The notes below the pieces were generated by a model. It searched no databases, was not told the origin of the DNA, and saw only the letters and a program-made list of their open reading frames with translations. 33,653 bases of DNA from an uncultured Geobacteraceae bacterium. Its GTDB lineage: Bacteria > Desulfobacterota > Desulfuromonadia > Geobacterales > Geobacteraceae. A program made the translations under genes and the position numbers. Location: assembly GCA_964434465.1 (NCBI GenBank), contig CAYSWG010000003.1, forward strand, positions 1-33,653. Reading direction: 5' to 3'. This document shows positions 9,322 to 17,502 of this stretch, one piece after another. Within the stretch, counting starts at the first letter, position 1, and each line of letters begins with the position of its first letter.

Positions 9322-10014
9322 ATGAATATACTGATTGTCGGCGGTGGCAAGGTGGGTACCTCTCTGGCCGGCCTCTTGTTGGCCGGTGACGCCGCGGTGA
9401 CTGTTATCGAGGCGAATGCCGCAGTGGCCTCCCGTCTGCAGCAGGTACTGCCCGCCGACAGCATTCTGTCGGGCAGCGGTTCCGATCCGGTCGTTCTTGA
9501 AAAGGCCGGCATCCGCAAGACGGATGTGGTCGCTGCGGTTACCGGTGATGACGAGACCAATCTGGTGGTTGCCGGTTTGGCCCGTTTCGAGTTTTCCGTA
9601 CGTCGGATCATCGCCCGGGTCAATCACCCTGCCAACTCCTGGATGTTTACCCGGGAGATGGGCGTCGATGTGGCCCTCAATCAGGCCGACCTGCTGGCGC
9701 ACTTGATACTCGAGGAACTCTCCGTCGGCGAAATGATGACCCTGTTCAAACTGCGCAAGGGCGCCTATGTGCTGGTGGATGAAAAAGTGCATCCCCGTTC
9801 CTCTGCCGCCGGCAAGACCATTGCCTCACTGGCGCTTCCTGCCGAAAGTGTTATCACTGCCATAATCAGGAATGGCAGTTTGCTCATTCCCCGTGGCGAC
9901 CATGTGCTGTTGGCCGAGGACGAGGTGCTCGCCCTGGTGCACTCTGCCCGACTTGCTCAACTTGCCCAGGTGCTTGGGCCGGATGGGCACGATAGCGGGG
10001 GCGGTCAACCTTGA
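9322..10014 (+). CDS. second RCK-domain protein (TrkA_N plus RCK_C), TrkA/KtrA-like, soluble
   Basis: 'MNILIVGGGKVGTSLAGLL' GxGxxG, with a C-terminal RCK_C-like half ('ESVITAIIRNGSLLIPRGDHVLLAEDEVL'). A purine-rich GGGGGAAAGAAG stretch precedes ATG 9322. Confidence 0.85.
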   Translation: MNILIVGGGKVGTSLAGLLLAGDAAVTVIEANAAVASRLQQVLPADSILSGSGSDPVVLEKAGIRKTDVVAAVTGDDETNLVVAGLARFEFSVRRIIARVNHPANSWMFTREMGVDVALNQADLLAHLILEELSVGEMMTLFKLRKGAYVLVDEKVHPRSSAAGKTIASLALPAESVITAIIRNGSLLIPRGDHVLLAEDEVLALVHSARLAQLAQVLGPDGHDSGGGQP

Positions 10015-10123
10015 ATTGTCCCAAGTGACATGCTATACAGACTGGGAAGCGTAATGGCCGGTTTGGATCATGCGGCAACCGGATGTCCGGAAAAATTAAG
10101 CTGAAAACAAGGAGGCATCACCC

Positions 10124-11419
10124 ATGAGTACCCCGTGTTGCGGCTATGAGGCCGATTTTGTCAAGGCGTTGGCCATTGGCCGCCCGCCGAATATTGTGAA
10201 ACTGTTTCCACACTCCAGGGCGCTGTTGGTGAGCGGCAAAGCGATAGACCGGGCCATGCTTGCCAAGGGCAAGTCCATGGCCATAGCCGCCAACGGCCGG
10301 AATACCTTCATCATCCGCGGTGTGCTGCGGGCTGCCCAGCGGGCCAACGCTGCAGTCATCATCGAAATTGCCAAGTCGGAAGGGGGCGCCAAGGCCTATT
10401 GTCCGGTCAATTACTGGAACATGGCACTCCACGTGGATGCCATATGCAATGAACTGGGCATAACGGTACCGGTTGCCATCCATGCGGATCATTACGGCAT
10501 CAAAAATGACAAGGATCTCGTTGCTGCCCGGATTGAGGTGCCTTCCATGTTCGATGCGGGCATCACCTCCATTGCCATTGACGCATCCCATCTTCCCGAT
10601 GACCGCAACCTTCTGGCGAGCATTGCATTGAGTCCCTTTGTGCCGGGCTGGTCCGGCCTTGAAACCGAGGTCGGCGAGATAAAAGGCAAAGATGGTTTGT
10701 CCACGGTTGAAGATGCCCTGTTCGTGATCCAGGGTCTGAATGCCAACGGGATCTTTCCTGACTGGATCGCCCTCAACAATGGCACGACCCATGGTATTGA
10801 AGCCAGCGGCCAGGGAATCCAGGTGGGGTTGACCGCGGAGATCCATGGGGCGTTGCAACCCTATGGGCTTTCCGGCGCCCAGCATGGCACGTCCGGCAAT
10901 AGTTCGGAACGGCTCAGGGACATCGTGACCAGGACCAGAACCACCAAGGCCAATGTGGCAACGGCTCTGCAGATGGTGGCCTGGGGGCTGCGGGTGAATG
11001 ATTACGGTAATGCCATTCTCGATGACCAAGGTCGTTTCATCAAGGAGTCCGACAAGGGGATGGACGATGCCCTGTGGGCGGAGATTGTTGCGGTAGCTGA
11101 TTCCAGAGGGTACAAACCCGGAGATTACAAGAACTTCAATCTCCTCTTCGACAATCGCCTTCTTTCCCAGCCGCGGGAGTTCCGTGAGCGGATGGTTGCT
11201 GATGTGGAACGGTTCGCCTATACCATGATGACGGAGGTGTTCAACGCCGCAGACACGGCGCCCCTGGCACTAGAAGCGCTCCTTGCCGCCGGAAGTTACG
11301 ACCTGGGGGCCAAGTCGGCAAGGATTGAAGACCCTGCCGAATGGACCCCGGAAAAGATTGTTGCCCGGGCGGCGTTGCTGACTTCCGATAAAGGTCCGGC
11401 CGGGGACTTCGATGACTAG
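10124..11419 (+). CDS. fba: class II fructose-1,6-bisphosphate aldolase (long form, 431 aa)
   Basis: Zn/catalytic motifs 'IHADHYG', 'IAIDASH', 'LNNGTTHG', 'AQHGTSG'. AAGGAGG SD lies 8 nt before the ATG. Confidence 0.8.
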   Translation: MSTPCCGYEADFVKALAIGRPPNIVKLFPHSRALLVSGKAIDRAMLAKGKSMAIAANGRNTFIIRGVLRAAQRANAAVIIEIAKSEGGAKAYCPVNYWNMALHVDAICNELGITVPVAIHADHYGIKNDKDLVAARIEVPSMFDAGITSIAIDASHLPDDRNLLASIALSPFVPGWSGLETEVGEIKGKDGLSTVEDALFVIQGLNANGIFPDWIALNNGTTHGIEASGQGIQVGLTAEIHGALQPYGLSGAQHGTSGNSSERLRDIVTRTRTTKANVATALQMVAWGLRVNDYGNAILDDQGRFIKESDKGMDDALWAEIVAVADSRGYKPGDYKNFNLLFDNRLLSQPREFRERMVADVERFAYTMMTEVFNAADTAPLALEALLAAGSYDLGAKSARIEDPAEWTPEKIVARAALLTSDKGPAGDFDD

Positions 11420-11452
11420 TTCAATGCGGTCCCTGATGGTTATTTGATGTAT

Positions 11453-11485
11453 TGCCGGCGCTCATTGCGGTTGCCGGCATTTTTC
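11453..11485 (+). terminator. rho-independent terminator after fba
   Basis: Stem TGCCGGC (11453-11459) pairs with GCCGGCA (11473-11479), then T5 (11480-11484). Confidence 0.6.
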
Positions 11486-11538
11486 TGCGGGTTTTCGGGG
11501 GAGGGTATGGCCGGCAGGTAATCAGACCGGTCAATGGT

Positions 11539-12582
11539 ATGCGGGTACTGATCGTAAAAATGAGCGCCTTGGGCGATATTATTCATGCCTTGCCGGTTCT
11601 TGACTATCTGCACCAGGTTTCTCCAGGTATCGAAATCGACTGGGTTGTTGAAGAGCCGTTCCGGGATATTCTCGACGGCAATCCTCTGATCCGTCGCCTG
11701 TTTCTGGTGCGGACCAAGGTGTGGCGACGGAGACCTTTTGCCCGTCAAACCCGCCAGGAGGTACGTTTGTTGTGGCAGGAACTTCGTGCACAACAGTACG
11801 ATTTTCTCTTTGATCTGCAGGGGAACATGAAGAGCGCTTTTATTGACTGGCTTTCCGGGGTCGAGCAGCGAATCGGCTTTGTCCAGGAAAACCTTCAGGA
11901 GTCGGTGAACCAGTATTTTACCACGCGGCAGGTACCGACCCGGCCTCAGGATTACCATGTTACCGACCAGTATCTGCGGTTGGTGAGTATCTGCTTTGGC
12001 AAGGATTTTCATGCCATGCACCTTACTGCCCAGATCCATACTTCGCCGGAAGCAGACGAAACAGCCAGAACACTGCTCGCGACTCTTGCCGACAGCCTGG
12101 TCTTTCTTTTCCATTGCGGGACGACATGGCAGACAAAACTCTGGTTCGATGAAGGGTGGGTGACCCTCGGCAGGGAACTGCTTGCCGGGTATCCCGATGG
12201 CACAATCCTTCTGTCATGGGGCAGTGAAGCAGAGCGGATCGTGGTTTCCCGCATTGCTGCGGAAATAGGCCCGGGGGCACGGGTCATTGACCGCTATTCA
12301 CTCAAGGAATTCACTGCATTGCTGAAAAAAGTCGATCTGGTCGTCGGTGGCGATACCGGGCCGGTTCATATTGCAGCTGCCGTGGGTACGCCAACAGTTT
12401 CCCTTTATCGGGCCAGTGACGGTAAACGAAGTGGTCCGCGCGGGCATGGCCAGGTAATCGTGCAATCCCCACGTCACTGCACTTGCTGCTTTCGGACCGA
12501 ATGCGACAGCGATGCAGCCTGTCGCCGCAGTATCTCACCGGAAGCCATGCTTCAGGCCGTGGCAAAGGCGCTGTCTGCATGA
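11539..12582 (+). CDS. waaC: ADP-heptose:LPS heptosyltransferase I-like glycosyltransferase (GT9)
   Basis: 'MRVLIVKMSALGDIIHALPVL' and 'PGIEIDWVVEEPF' closely parallel E. coli WaaC 'MRVLIVKTSSMGDVLHTLPAL' and 'PGIKFDWVVEEGF' as recalled. 'GGDTGPVHIAAAVGTPTVSLY' is also present. The ORF-track start at 11452 runs through the fba terminator. Confidence 0.8.
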   Translation: MRVLIVKMSALGDIIHALPVLDYLHQVSPGIEIDWVVEEPFRDILDGNPLIRRLFLVRTKVWRRRPFARQTRQEVRLLWQELRAQQYDFLFDLQGNMKSAFIDWLSGVEQRIGFVQENLQESVNQYFTTRQVPTRPQDYHVTDQYLRLVSICFGKDFHAMHLTAQIHTSPEADETARTLLATLADSLVFLFHCGTTWQTKLWFDEGWVTLGRELLAGYPDGTILLSWGSEAERIVVSRIAAEIGPGARVIDRYSLKEFTALLKKVDLVVGGDTGPVHIAAAVGTPTVSLYRASDGKRSGPRGHGQVIVQSPRHCTCCFRTECDSDAACRRSISPEAMLQAVAKALSA

Positions 12583-12694
12583 TAGCATCGTCCTGAGCAC
12601 TTCACGCACGCTCTCTTCTCACCCTTTCCTGACAGTATTCTCCAGCACCTTCCCTGCCGCAAGGCATGCATTCCACCGGGAATCCGCATTACCC

Positions 12695-12717
12695 GCACTA
12701 ATCACGTGCACTAATCA
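12695..12717. repeat. tandem direct repeat GCACTAATCA x2 (13-nt period) flanking a CACGTG palindrome
   Basis: GCACTAATCA occurs at 12695-12704 and again at 12708-12717, immediately upstream of the sigma-28 -35 element at 12719. Confidence 0.6.
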
Positions 12718-12718
12718 G

Positions 12719-12745
12719 TTAAGTTGTGTTGTGTCGGGCCGATAA
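12719..12745 (+). promoter_or_regulatory. sigma-28 (FliA)-type promoter upstream of MCP-hemerythrin gene
   Basis: TTAAGTTG (12719-12726), N11, GCCGATAA (12738-12745; perfect -10 against the FliA consensus), about 80 nt upstream of ATG 12827. Confidence 0.7.
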
Positions 12746-12826
12746 GGATCTCGTGAACTGCTCCGTTATGCTCCGGCCGGATGTGGGGAGTTCGGAAAAC
12801 ATCCTATTCAGAATAAGGTGGGTGCC

Positions 12827-14872
12827 ATGGTTAAGAATCTCAGTATCCGGGTGAAGATCGCTGCAGCCGTTTTGACCGTTATGGTGTTCATGGTGGTTAT
12901 CGGTGGTATTGCGGTCTGGAAATTATCGGTTGCTTCGTCTGTTGCTGATCACATGGGCAGCAATCTCATGCCCGGGGTGGCGACCCTTGCCCAAATTGGC
13001 ACAACCGTAGATACCTATCGCCGTTCCGAGTTGCAGTTGTTGTTGGAAAACACACCCGAGGAGTTCCTCCGTTATCGGCAGCGTATGGAGCGCATGGAGT
13101 CTGCGCTGCGTTCCGCAAGCACCGCACTGGGGGGGTTCCACCTGACGGGTGCCGAACAAAAGTCCTTTGCCAGGTTACAAACGGCATGGTCCGAGTACAC
13201 CCGTTCTGCCCAAACTGTCCTTGGCCTGATTGCTGCGGGCAATGTCCATGCTGCTCAGGTGCAGGCTCGCACAGAGGGCAAAGCCCTCTACGATGCGGTC
13301 ACCACTCTTTTGACTGACCTGCGAACTTCCCGCCAGCAGGGCGCCGACGCGGCTGCCGCTCTGGTTCGGGACGCGGCGGCATCGGCTCGACTCTGGATTG
13401 CTGCGTTGATCGGTGCTGGTGTGCTTGTTGGTCTGCTGGTGGCGGTGCAGGCGGCGCGGGCAATTGCCGTCCCGCTCAGGCAGTTGGCCAGGGATGCGGA
13501 TCAGGTGGCAACGGGCGATCTGAATGTGGCCATCACCGTTGCGTCCCGCGATGAAGTCGGCCAGTTGGCTGGATCATTCGAGGTCATGGTCAACAGTCTG
13601 CGGGAACTGATCGGTACCCTTGCCGACTCGTCGTCGGAAGTACTCAAATCTTCGGAGGGAATGCGTTCCAATGCCGAGATGATGACTGATGGTGCCGAGC
13701 AGGTGGCTGAGCAGGCAATAACCGTCGCCACTGCCAGTGAGGAAATGTCCGCGACCGCCGCAGACATTGCCAGAAATTGTTCTCTGGCGGCGGAAAGTGC
13801 CGGCCGGGCCAACGAATCTGCCAACAAGGGTGCAATTGTCGTTGAGAATTCCATTGCGGCCATGCACCGCATTGCTGATCGGGTCAAAAACTCGGCGATT
13901 ACGGTGGAGGAACTGGGCCGGCAGAGCGAACGGATTGGTTCAATTGTCGGGACCATTGAGGATATTGCCGACCAGACCAACCTGTTGGCGCTCAATGCCG
14001 CAATTGAAGCAGCCCGTGCCGGCGAACAGGGACGTGGATTTGCCGTGGTGGCCGACGAAGTGCGGGCACTGGCTGATCGGACTACCAAGGCAACAAGGGA
14101 AATAGGCCAGATGATCTCCGTAATACAGCAGAATACCAGTTCGGCCGTTGCATTAATGGTTTCCGGAGTAGAAGAGGTTGAGCTTGGTACCCGGGAAATT
14201 GCCGGTTCAGGGGATGCCCTGCGCATGATCCAGGATGAAATCACCACGGTCAATGAGCAGATGCAGCAGATTGCCACGGCAGCCGAGGAGCAGACGGCAA
14301 CCACCAGTGAAATCAGTGGGAATCTGTATCGTATTAACGATGTGGTAGGCCTGACCGTAGAAAAGGCCCGTGATACGTCCCGTTCCGCACACCATCTGAC
14401 CCGTCTGTCCGATGAGTTGCGGCGGATTGTCGGTCAGTTCAGCCTTGACCAGTCGGGGAAGCTCATACACTGGAGTCTCAGTTACAGTGTTGACGTGGCT
14501 GCCATGGATGCGGAGCACCAGCGGCTGATAGACATCATCAATTCACTGTACGGCGCCATGCGGGAAGGACGCGGAACGGATTCCCTGGCCGGTATCCTTG
14601 ACGAACTGGTAAGCTACACCCGCACCCACTTCAGTCACGAGGAGCAGTTGATGCAGCAGGCGGGTTATCCGGACTATGACGCCCAGAAGGCAGCCCACGA
14701 GACACTCGTTGCGCGGCTCATGGAGATCCGCGAGAAGTTTGTCTCAGGAACCGCCTTGAGTCAGGAGGTCATGACCTTCCTCAAGGGGTGGCTTATCGGC
14801 CACATTCAGGGTATGGACAAGAAGTATGGTCCCCACCTGAACCGCAAGGGGCTTGGCAGGCAGGCGGCATAA
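12827..14872 (+). CDS. methyl-accepting chemotaxis protein with C-terminal hemerythrin-like domain (DcrH-like)
   Basis: N-terminal TM, helical sensor, TM2, HAMP ('[25 protein letters not shown]') and MA hairpin '[42 protein letters not shown]'. The C-terminal ~135 aa carry hemerythrin ligand-type motifs 'IHWS', '[11 protein letters not shown]', 'HFSHEEQLM', 'AHETLV', '[13 protein letters not shown]'. AAGGTG SD precedes ATG 12827. Confidence 0.9.
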   Translation: MVKNLSIRVKIAAAVLTVMVFMVVIGGIAVWKLSVASSVADHMGSNLMPGVATLAQIGTTVDTYRRSELQLLLENTPEEFLRYRQRMERMESALRSASTALGGFHLTGAEQKSFARLQTAWSEYTRSAQTVLGLIAAGNVHAAQVQARTEGKALYDAVTTLLTDLRTSRQQGADAAAALVRDAAASARLWIAALIGAGVLVGLLVAVQAARAIAVPLRQLARDADQVATGDLNVAITVASRDEVGQLAGSFEVMVNSLRELIGTLADSSSEVLKSSEGMRSNAEMMTDGAEQVAEQAITVATASEEMSATAADIARNCSLAAESAGRANESANKGAIVVENSIAAMHRIADRVKNSAITVEELGRQSERIGSIVGTIEDIADQTNLLALNAAIEAARAGEQGRGFAVVADEVRALADRTTKATREIGQMISVIQQNTSSAVALMVSGVEEVELGTREIAGSGDALRMIQDEITTVNEQMQQIATAAEEQTATTSEISGNLYRINDVVGLTVEKARDTSRSAHHLTRLSDELRRIVGQFSLDQSGKLIHWSLSYSVDVAAMDAEHQRLIDIINSLYGAMREGRGTDSLAGILDELVSYTRTHFSHEEQLMQQAGYPDYDAQKAAHETLVARLMEIREKFVSGTALSQEVMTFLKGWLIGHIQGMDKKYGPHLNRKGLGRQAA

Positions 14873-15081
14873 GGGATGTGTTCGTACCGTTGTATGCTCC
14901 TCGGTGATTGTGCCTGCATCCAAGGGCATCAGGTTTCCCTGGTTTATCGGGACTGGCAGGAGAAAACCGGCTGTTGACCTTTGACGGATGCACTTCTTGT
15001 TGTATCGTTAGGGTGTTTGACATCCCCCGTCGATTCGGGGTGAGAACGAATACTGTAATCATATTTCGAGGAGGATGAACC

Positions 15082-15429
15082 ATGGAAGAGCAAAGGGTCG
15101 AGCAAAGTTCGGGGCAGGGGTTTGACAGGGATGATGTGGAAAAGAATAAGGGGATGGCCATTCTGGCCTACATAATTTTTCTGATTCCCCTTTTGGCTGC
15201 CAAAGAGTCCCGGTTTGCCCAGTTTCATGCAAATCAGGGACTGGTACTGTTCCTGGCTGCTGTTGCGGTAAACGTAATCGGGAGCATCATCCCCATCCTT
15301 GGGTGGTTTATCATTCTGCCCCTGGGTAACCTGTTTGTTTTCGTCCTGGCAATACTCGGTATTGTCAATGCGGCCAAAGGTGAGGCGAAACCGCTGCCGC
15401 TTATTGGCGGATTCAAGCTGTTGGGGTAG
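15082..15429 (+). CDS. small integral membrane protein, DUF4870-like
   Basis: 115 aa with 3 predicted TM helices. The 'AILAYIIFLIPLLAAKESRFAQFHANQGLVL' signature matches DUF4870 as I recall it. GAGGAGG SD lies 7 nt before the ATG. Confidence 0.7.
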   Translation: MEEQRVEQSSGQGFDRDDVEKNKGMAILAYIIFLIPLLAAKESRFAQFHANQGLVLFLAAVAVNVIGSIIPILGWFIILPLGNLFVFVLAILGIVNAAKGEAKPLPLIGGFKLLG

Positions 15430-15454
15430 TTTTTTGTCGTTTGGCTGATCTGGA

Positions 15455-15500
15455 GCGGCATGTGCTTCTATACAAGGAAGTACATGCCGCCTTTTTATTT
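15455..15500 (+). terminator. rho-independent terminator after DUF4870-like gene
   Basis: Stem GCGGCATGT (15455-15463) pairs with ACATGCCGC (15482-15490), with inner CTTC/GAAG pairs, followed by CTTTTTATTT. Confidence 0.75.
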
Positions 15501-16613
15501 GTCGCCCTTCAGATATTCGTCGAGAAATTCCAGTTTGAATCGTGCAAAACGCTGTTCTTCGATGGCTGAGCGGATATCGGCCATGAGATTCAGGTAGAAA
15601 TGGACATTGTGAATGCTCGCCAGTATTGCAGACAGAACTTCGTTGGAGACGAAGAGGTGGTGCAGGTAGGCCCGGCTGAAGTTGCGGCAGGTATAGCAGG
15701 TACAATTCGGTTCCACCGGATAGAAGTCGCGGCGAAACTTTCTGCTGGTCAGGCGAATACGTCCCCGGTTGGTGAACAGAGTGGCGCTGCGGGCGTAGCG
15801 GGTTGGAATGACGCAGTCAAACATATCCATGCCCCGCTCGACACTTTCCAGGATATCTTCCGGTAAACCGACGCCCATGAGATAGCGTGGTTTGTCCGCC
15901 GGCAGATGGGGGGCGGTACATTCGACAACCTTCTTGAGCAATTCGAGCCCTTCACCCACACTGACACCACCGATGGCGTACCCGGGGAAGTCCATGTCAA
16001 CGAGTTCTTTGGCGCACATGGCGCGCAGATCCTCGAAAACACTACCCTGAACGATGGCGAAGAGTGCCTGGTCAGGACGGTTATGGGTTTTTTTGCATGC
16101 TTCAGCCCAGCGCAGGGTTTTACGGGTCGATTGTGCTGCGTAGTGCCTATCACACGGGTAGGGTATGCATTCGTCGAAGGCCATGATGATGTCCGCGCCG
16201 AGCGCTTCCTGAATTGCCATGGCCCGAGCCGGATCCAGATAGATTTCTTCACCGGAGATTTCGTGTTTGAAGAAAACACCGTCCTCGGTGATCCGCTTAT
16301 TGGGCAGAGAGAATACCTGAAAGCCCCCTGAGTCAGTCAGTATGGGTCCATTCCAACCCATGAACTGGTGCAGGCCACCGGCCTTTTCCACCAGGGCTTC
16401 TCCCGGCCGGAGGTGGAGGTGATAGGTGTTGCAGAGGATGATCTGCGCTCCGGTTTCATTGACCTGCTGCGGCGTCATGGCTTTCATGGCGGCATGGGTG
16501 CCGACCGGCATGAAAATGGGAGTCTGTATTGTGCCGTGGGGCGTTTCCAGGACGCCGCGCCGGGCGGCAGTGCCGGAATCCGTGCCATGGAGGGTGAAGT
16601 GGAACTGTTTCAT
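15495..16613 (-). CDS. tgt: queuine tRNA-ribosyltransferase
   Basis: 'GTIQTPIFMPVGT', 'LTDSGGFQVFS', 'GYAIGGVSVGE', and Zn motif 'CTCYTCRNFSRAYLHHL'. ATG at 16613 ('MKQFHFTL') is chosen over the ORF-track start at 16646. Confidence 0.92.
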   Translation of the reverse strand: MKQFHFTLHGTDSGTAARRGVLETPHGTIQTPIFMPVGTHAAMKAMTPQQVNETGAQIILCNTYHLHLRPGEALVEKAGGLHQFMGWNGPILTDSGGFQVFSLPNKRITEDGVFFKHEISGEEIYLDPARAMAIQEALGADIIMAFDECIPYPCDRHYAAQSTRKTLRWAEACKKTHNRPDQALFAIVQGSVFEDLRAMCAKELVDMDFPGYAIGGVSVGEGLELLKKVVECTAPHLPADKPRYLMGVGLPEDILESVERGMDMFDCVIPTRYARSATLFTNRGRIRLTSRKFRRDFYPVEPNCTCYTCRNFSRAYLHHLFVSNEVLSAILASIHNVHFYLNLMADIRSAIEEQRFARFKLEFLDEYLKGDK

Positions 16614-16639
16614 CAGGCTGCTCTTTCTGAAATACAAGG

Positions 16640-16669
16640 TTGACAATATACCGAGTTTGTTGATATTTA
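16640..16669 (+). promoter_or_regulatory. possible sigma-70 promoter for sdhCAB
   Basis: TTGACA (16640-16645), 18-nt spacer, TATTTA (16664-16669). This would give a ~200-nt leader. Pattern match only. Confidence 0.4.
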
Positions 16670-16866
16670 TTCTCTTTTTATTAAGTCCTGCCTTTATTAC
16701 CAGATAGATCGTGGAAAAGCAACCGGTAGTATCCGCATCAACCCTCGTTCCGGTTAAACCACACCTGGATCTGCCCGCCGGTTTCCGGCAAGGGTTTTAC
16801 CGACGATGCAATGCGGTCCCTGACCCATGCCCAGAGAGGAGAGTGTCATCCTTGGCGACGTTACCC

Positions 16867-17469
16867 ATGGTATCCTTTTATGTGCGCAGGCTCCATTCTC
16901 TGACGGGAGTGCTGCCCATCGGCGCATTTCTTGTCGAACACTTTTTTACCAACAGTTTCGCCATGTTTGGTCCAGAGGTGTACAACTCCATGGTTGAGTT
17001 TTTCATGGGCCTTCCCTATATTCTGCTCATTGAAATTACGTTGATCTGGCTACCCATTCTGTTCCACGCCCTCTATGGTCTTTACATTATTGTGTCCGGT
17101 CAGGCCAATGTTCGACGTTATGGCTACCTGCGCAACTGGATGTACCTGTTGCAGCGGGTATCTGGTGTCGTTGCCTTTGCCTTTATCCTCTATCATGTCT
17201 ATGCAACCCGGATCAGCGGCCTGCTAACGGGAACCCACGCCAGCTTCGAGAGCGTTCAACAGAGCTTGCAGAGCCCGTTTATTCTGTTTTTCTACGTTGT
17301 TGGCGTTCTTTCCGCCTCGTACCATCTGGGGAACGGCATGTTCGGGTTCTGCATTACCTGGGGACTTGCAATAGGAGATAAAACCCAGCGGGCACTGAGT
17401 ATTGCCTGTTTGCTGCTGACTTCGGGCCTGGCGCTGTTTGGTCTTGCTGCACTTAGTTATTTTGTCTGA
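16867..17469 (+). CDS. sdhC: succinate dehydrogenase/fumarate reductase dihaem cytochrome b subunit (Bacillus/Wolinella type B)
   Basis: 'FYVRRLHSLTGVLPIGAFLVEHF', 'LLQRVSGVVAFAFILYHV' and 'GVLSASYHLGNGMFGFCITWG' are collinear with B. subtilis SdhC as recalled. ATG 16867 gives ~200 aa like SdhC. GTG 16843 is an alternative, and the ORF-track start at 16711 is not supported. Confidence 0.85.
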   Translation: MVSFYVRRLHSLTGVLPIGAFLVEHFFTNSFAMFGPEVYNSMVEFFMGLPYILLIEITLIWLPILFHALYGLYIIVSGQANVRRYGYLRNWMYLLQRVSGVVAFAFILYHVYATRISGLLTGTHASFESVQQSLQSPFILFFYVVGVLSASYHLGNGMFGFCITWGLAIGDKTQRALSIACLLLTSGLALFGLAALSYFV

Positions 17470-17502
17470 TCACCGGATTTGCCGGTTCTGGAGTACAGAG
17501 TG

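Noticed and set aside
10015-10123. Hairpin CCGGTT-N13-AACCGG after the second RCK gene as a terminator
   Set aside because: The stem is only 6 bp with a 13-nt loop, and no T-tract follows, so I do not call it.
10118-11029. 303-aa minus-strand ORF opposite fba
   Set aside because: Shadow ORF in a GC-rich region. The plus-strand aldolase motifs explain the coding signal.
11440-12114. 224-aa minus-strand ORF opposite waaC
   Set aside because: Shadow ORF. The plus strand encodes a WaaC-like protein with strong N-terminal identity to known heptosyltransferases.
13501-14304. 267-aa minus-strand ORF opposite the MCP-hemerythrin signalling domain
   Set aside because: Ala/Ser-rich antisense translation, typical of the reverse frame of MCP coiled-coil regions.
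14944-15705. 253-aa minus-strand ORF spanning the DUF4870-like gene, its terminator and the tgt 3' end
   Set aside because: It crosses a strong terminator hairpin and two well-supported genes, and has no motifs or SD.
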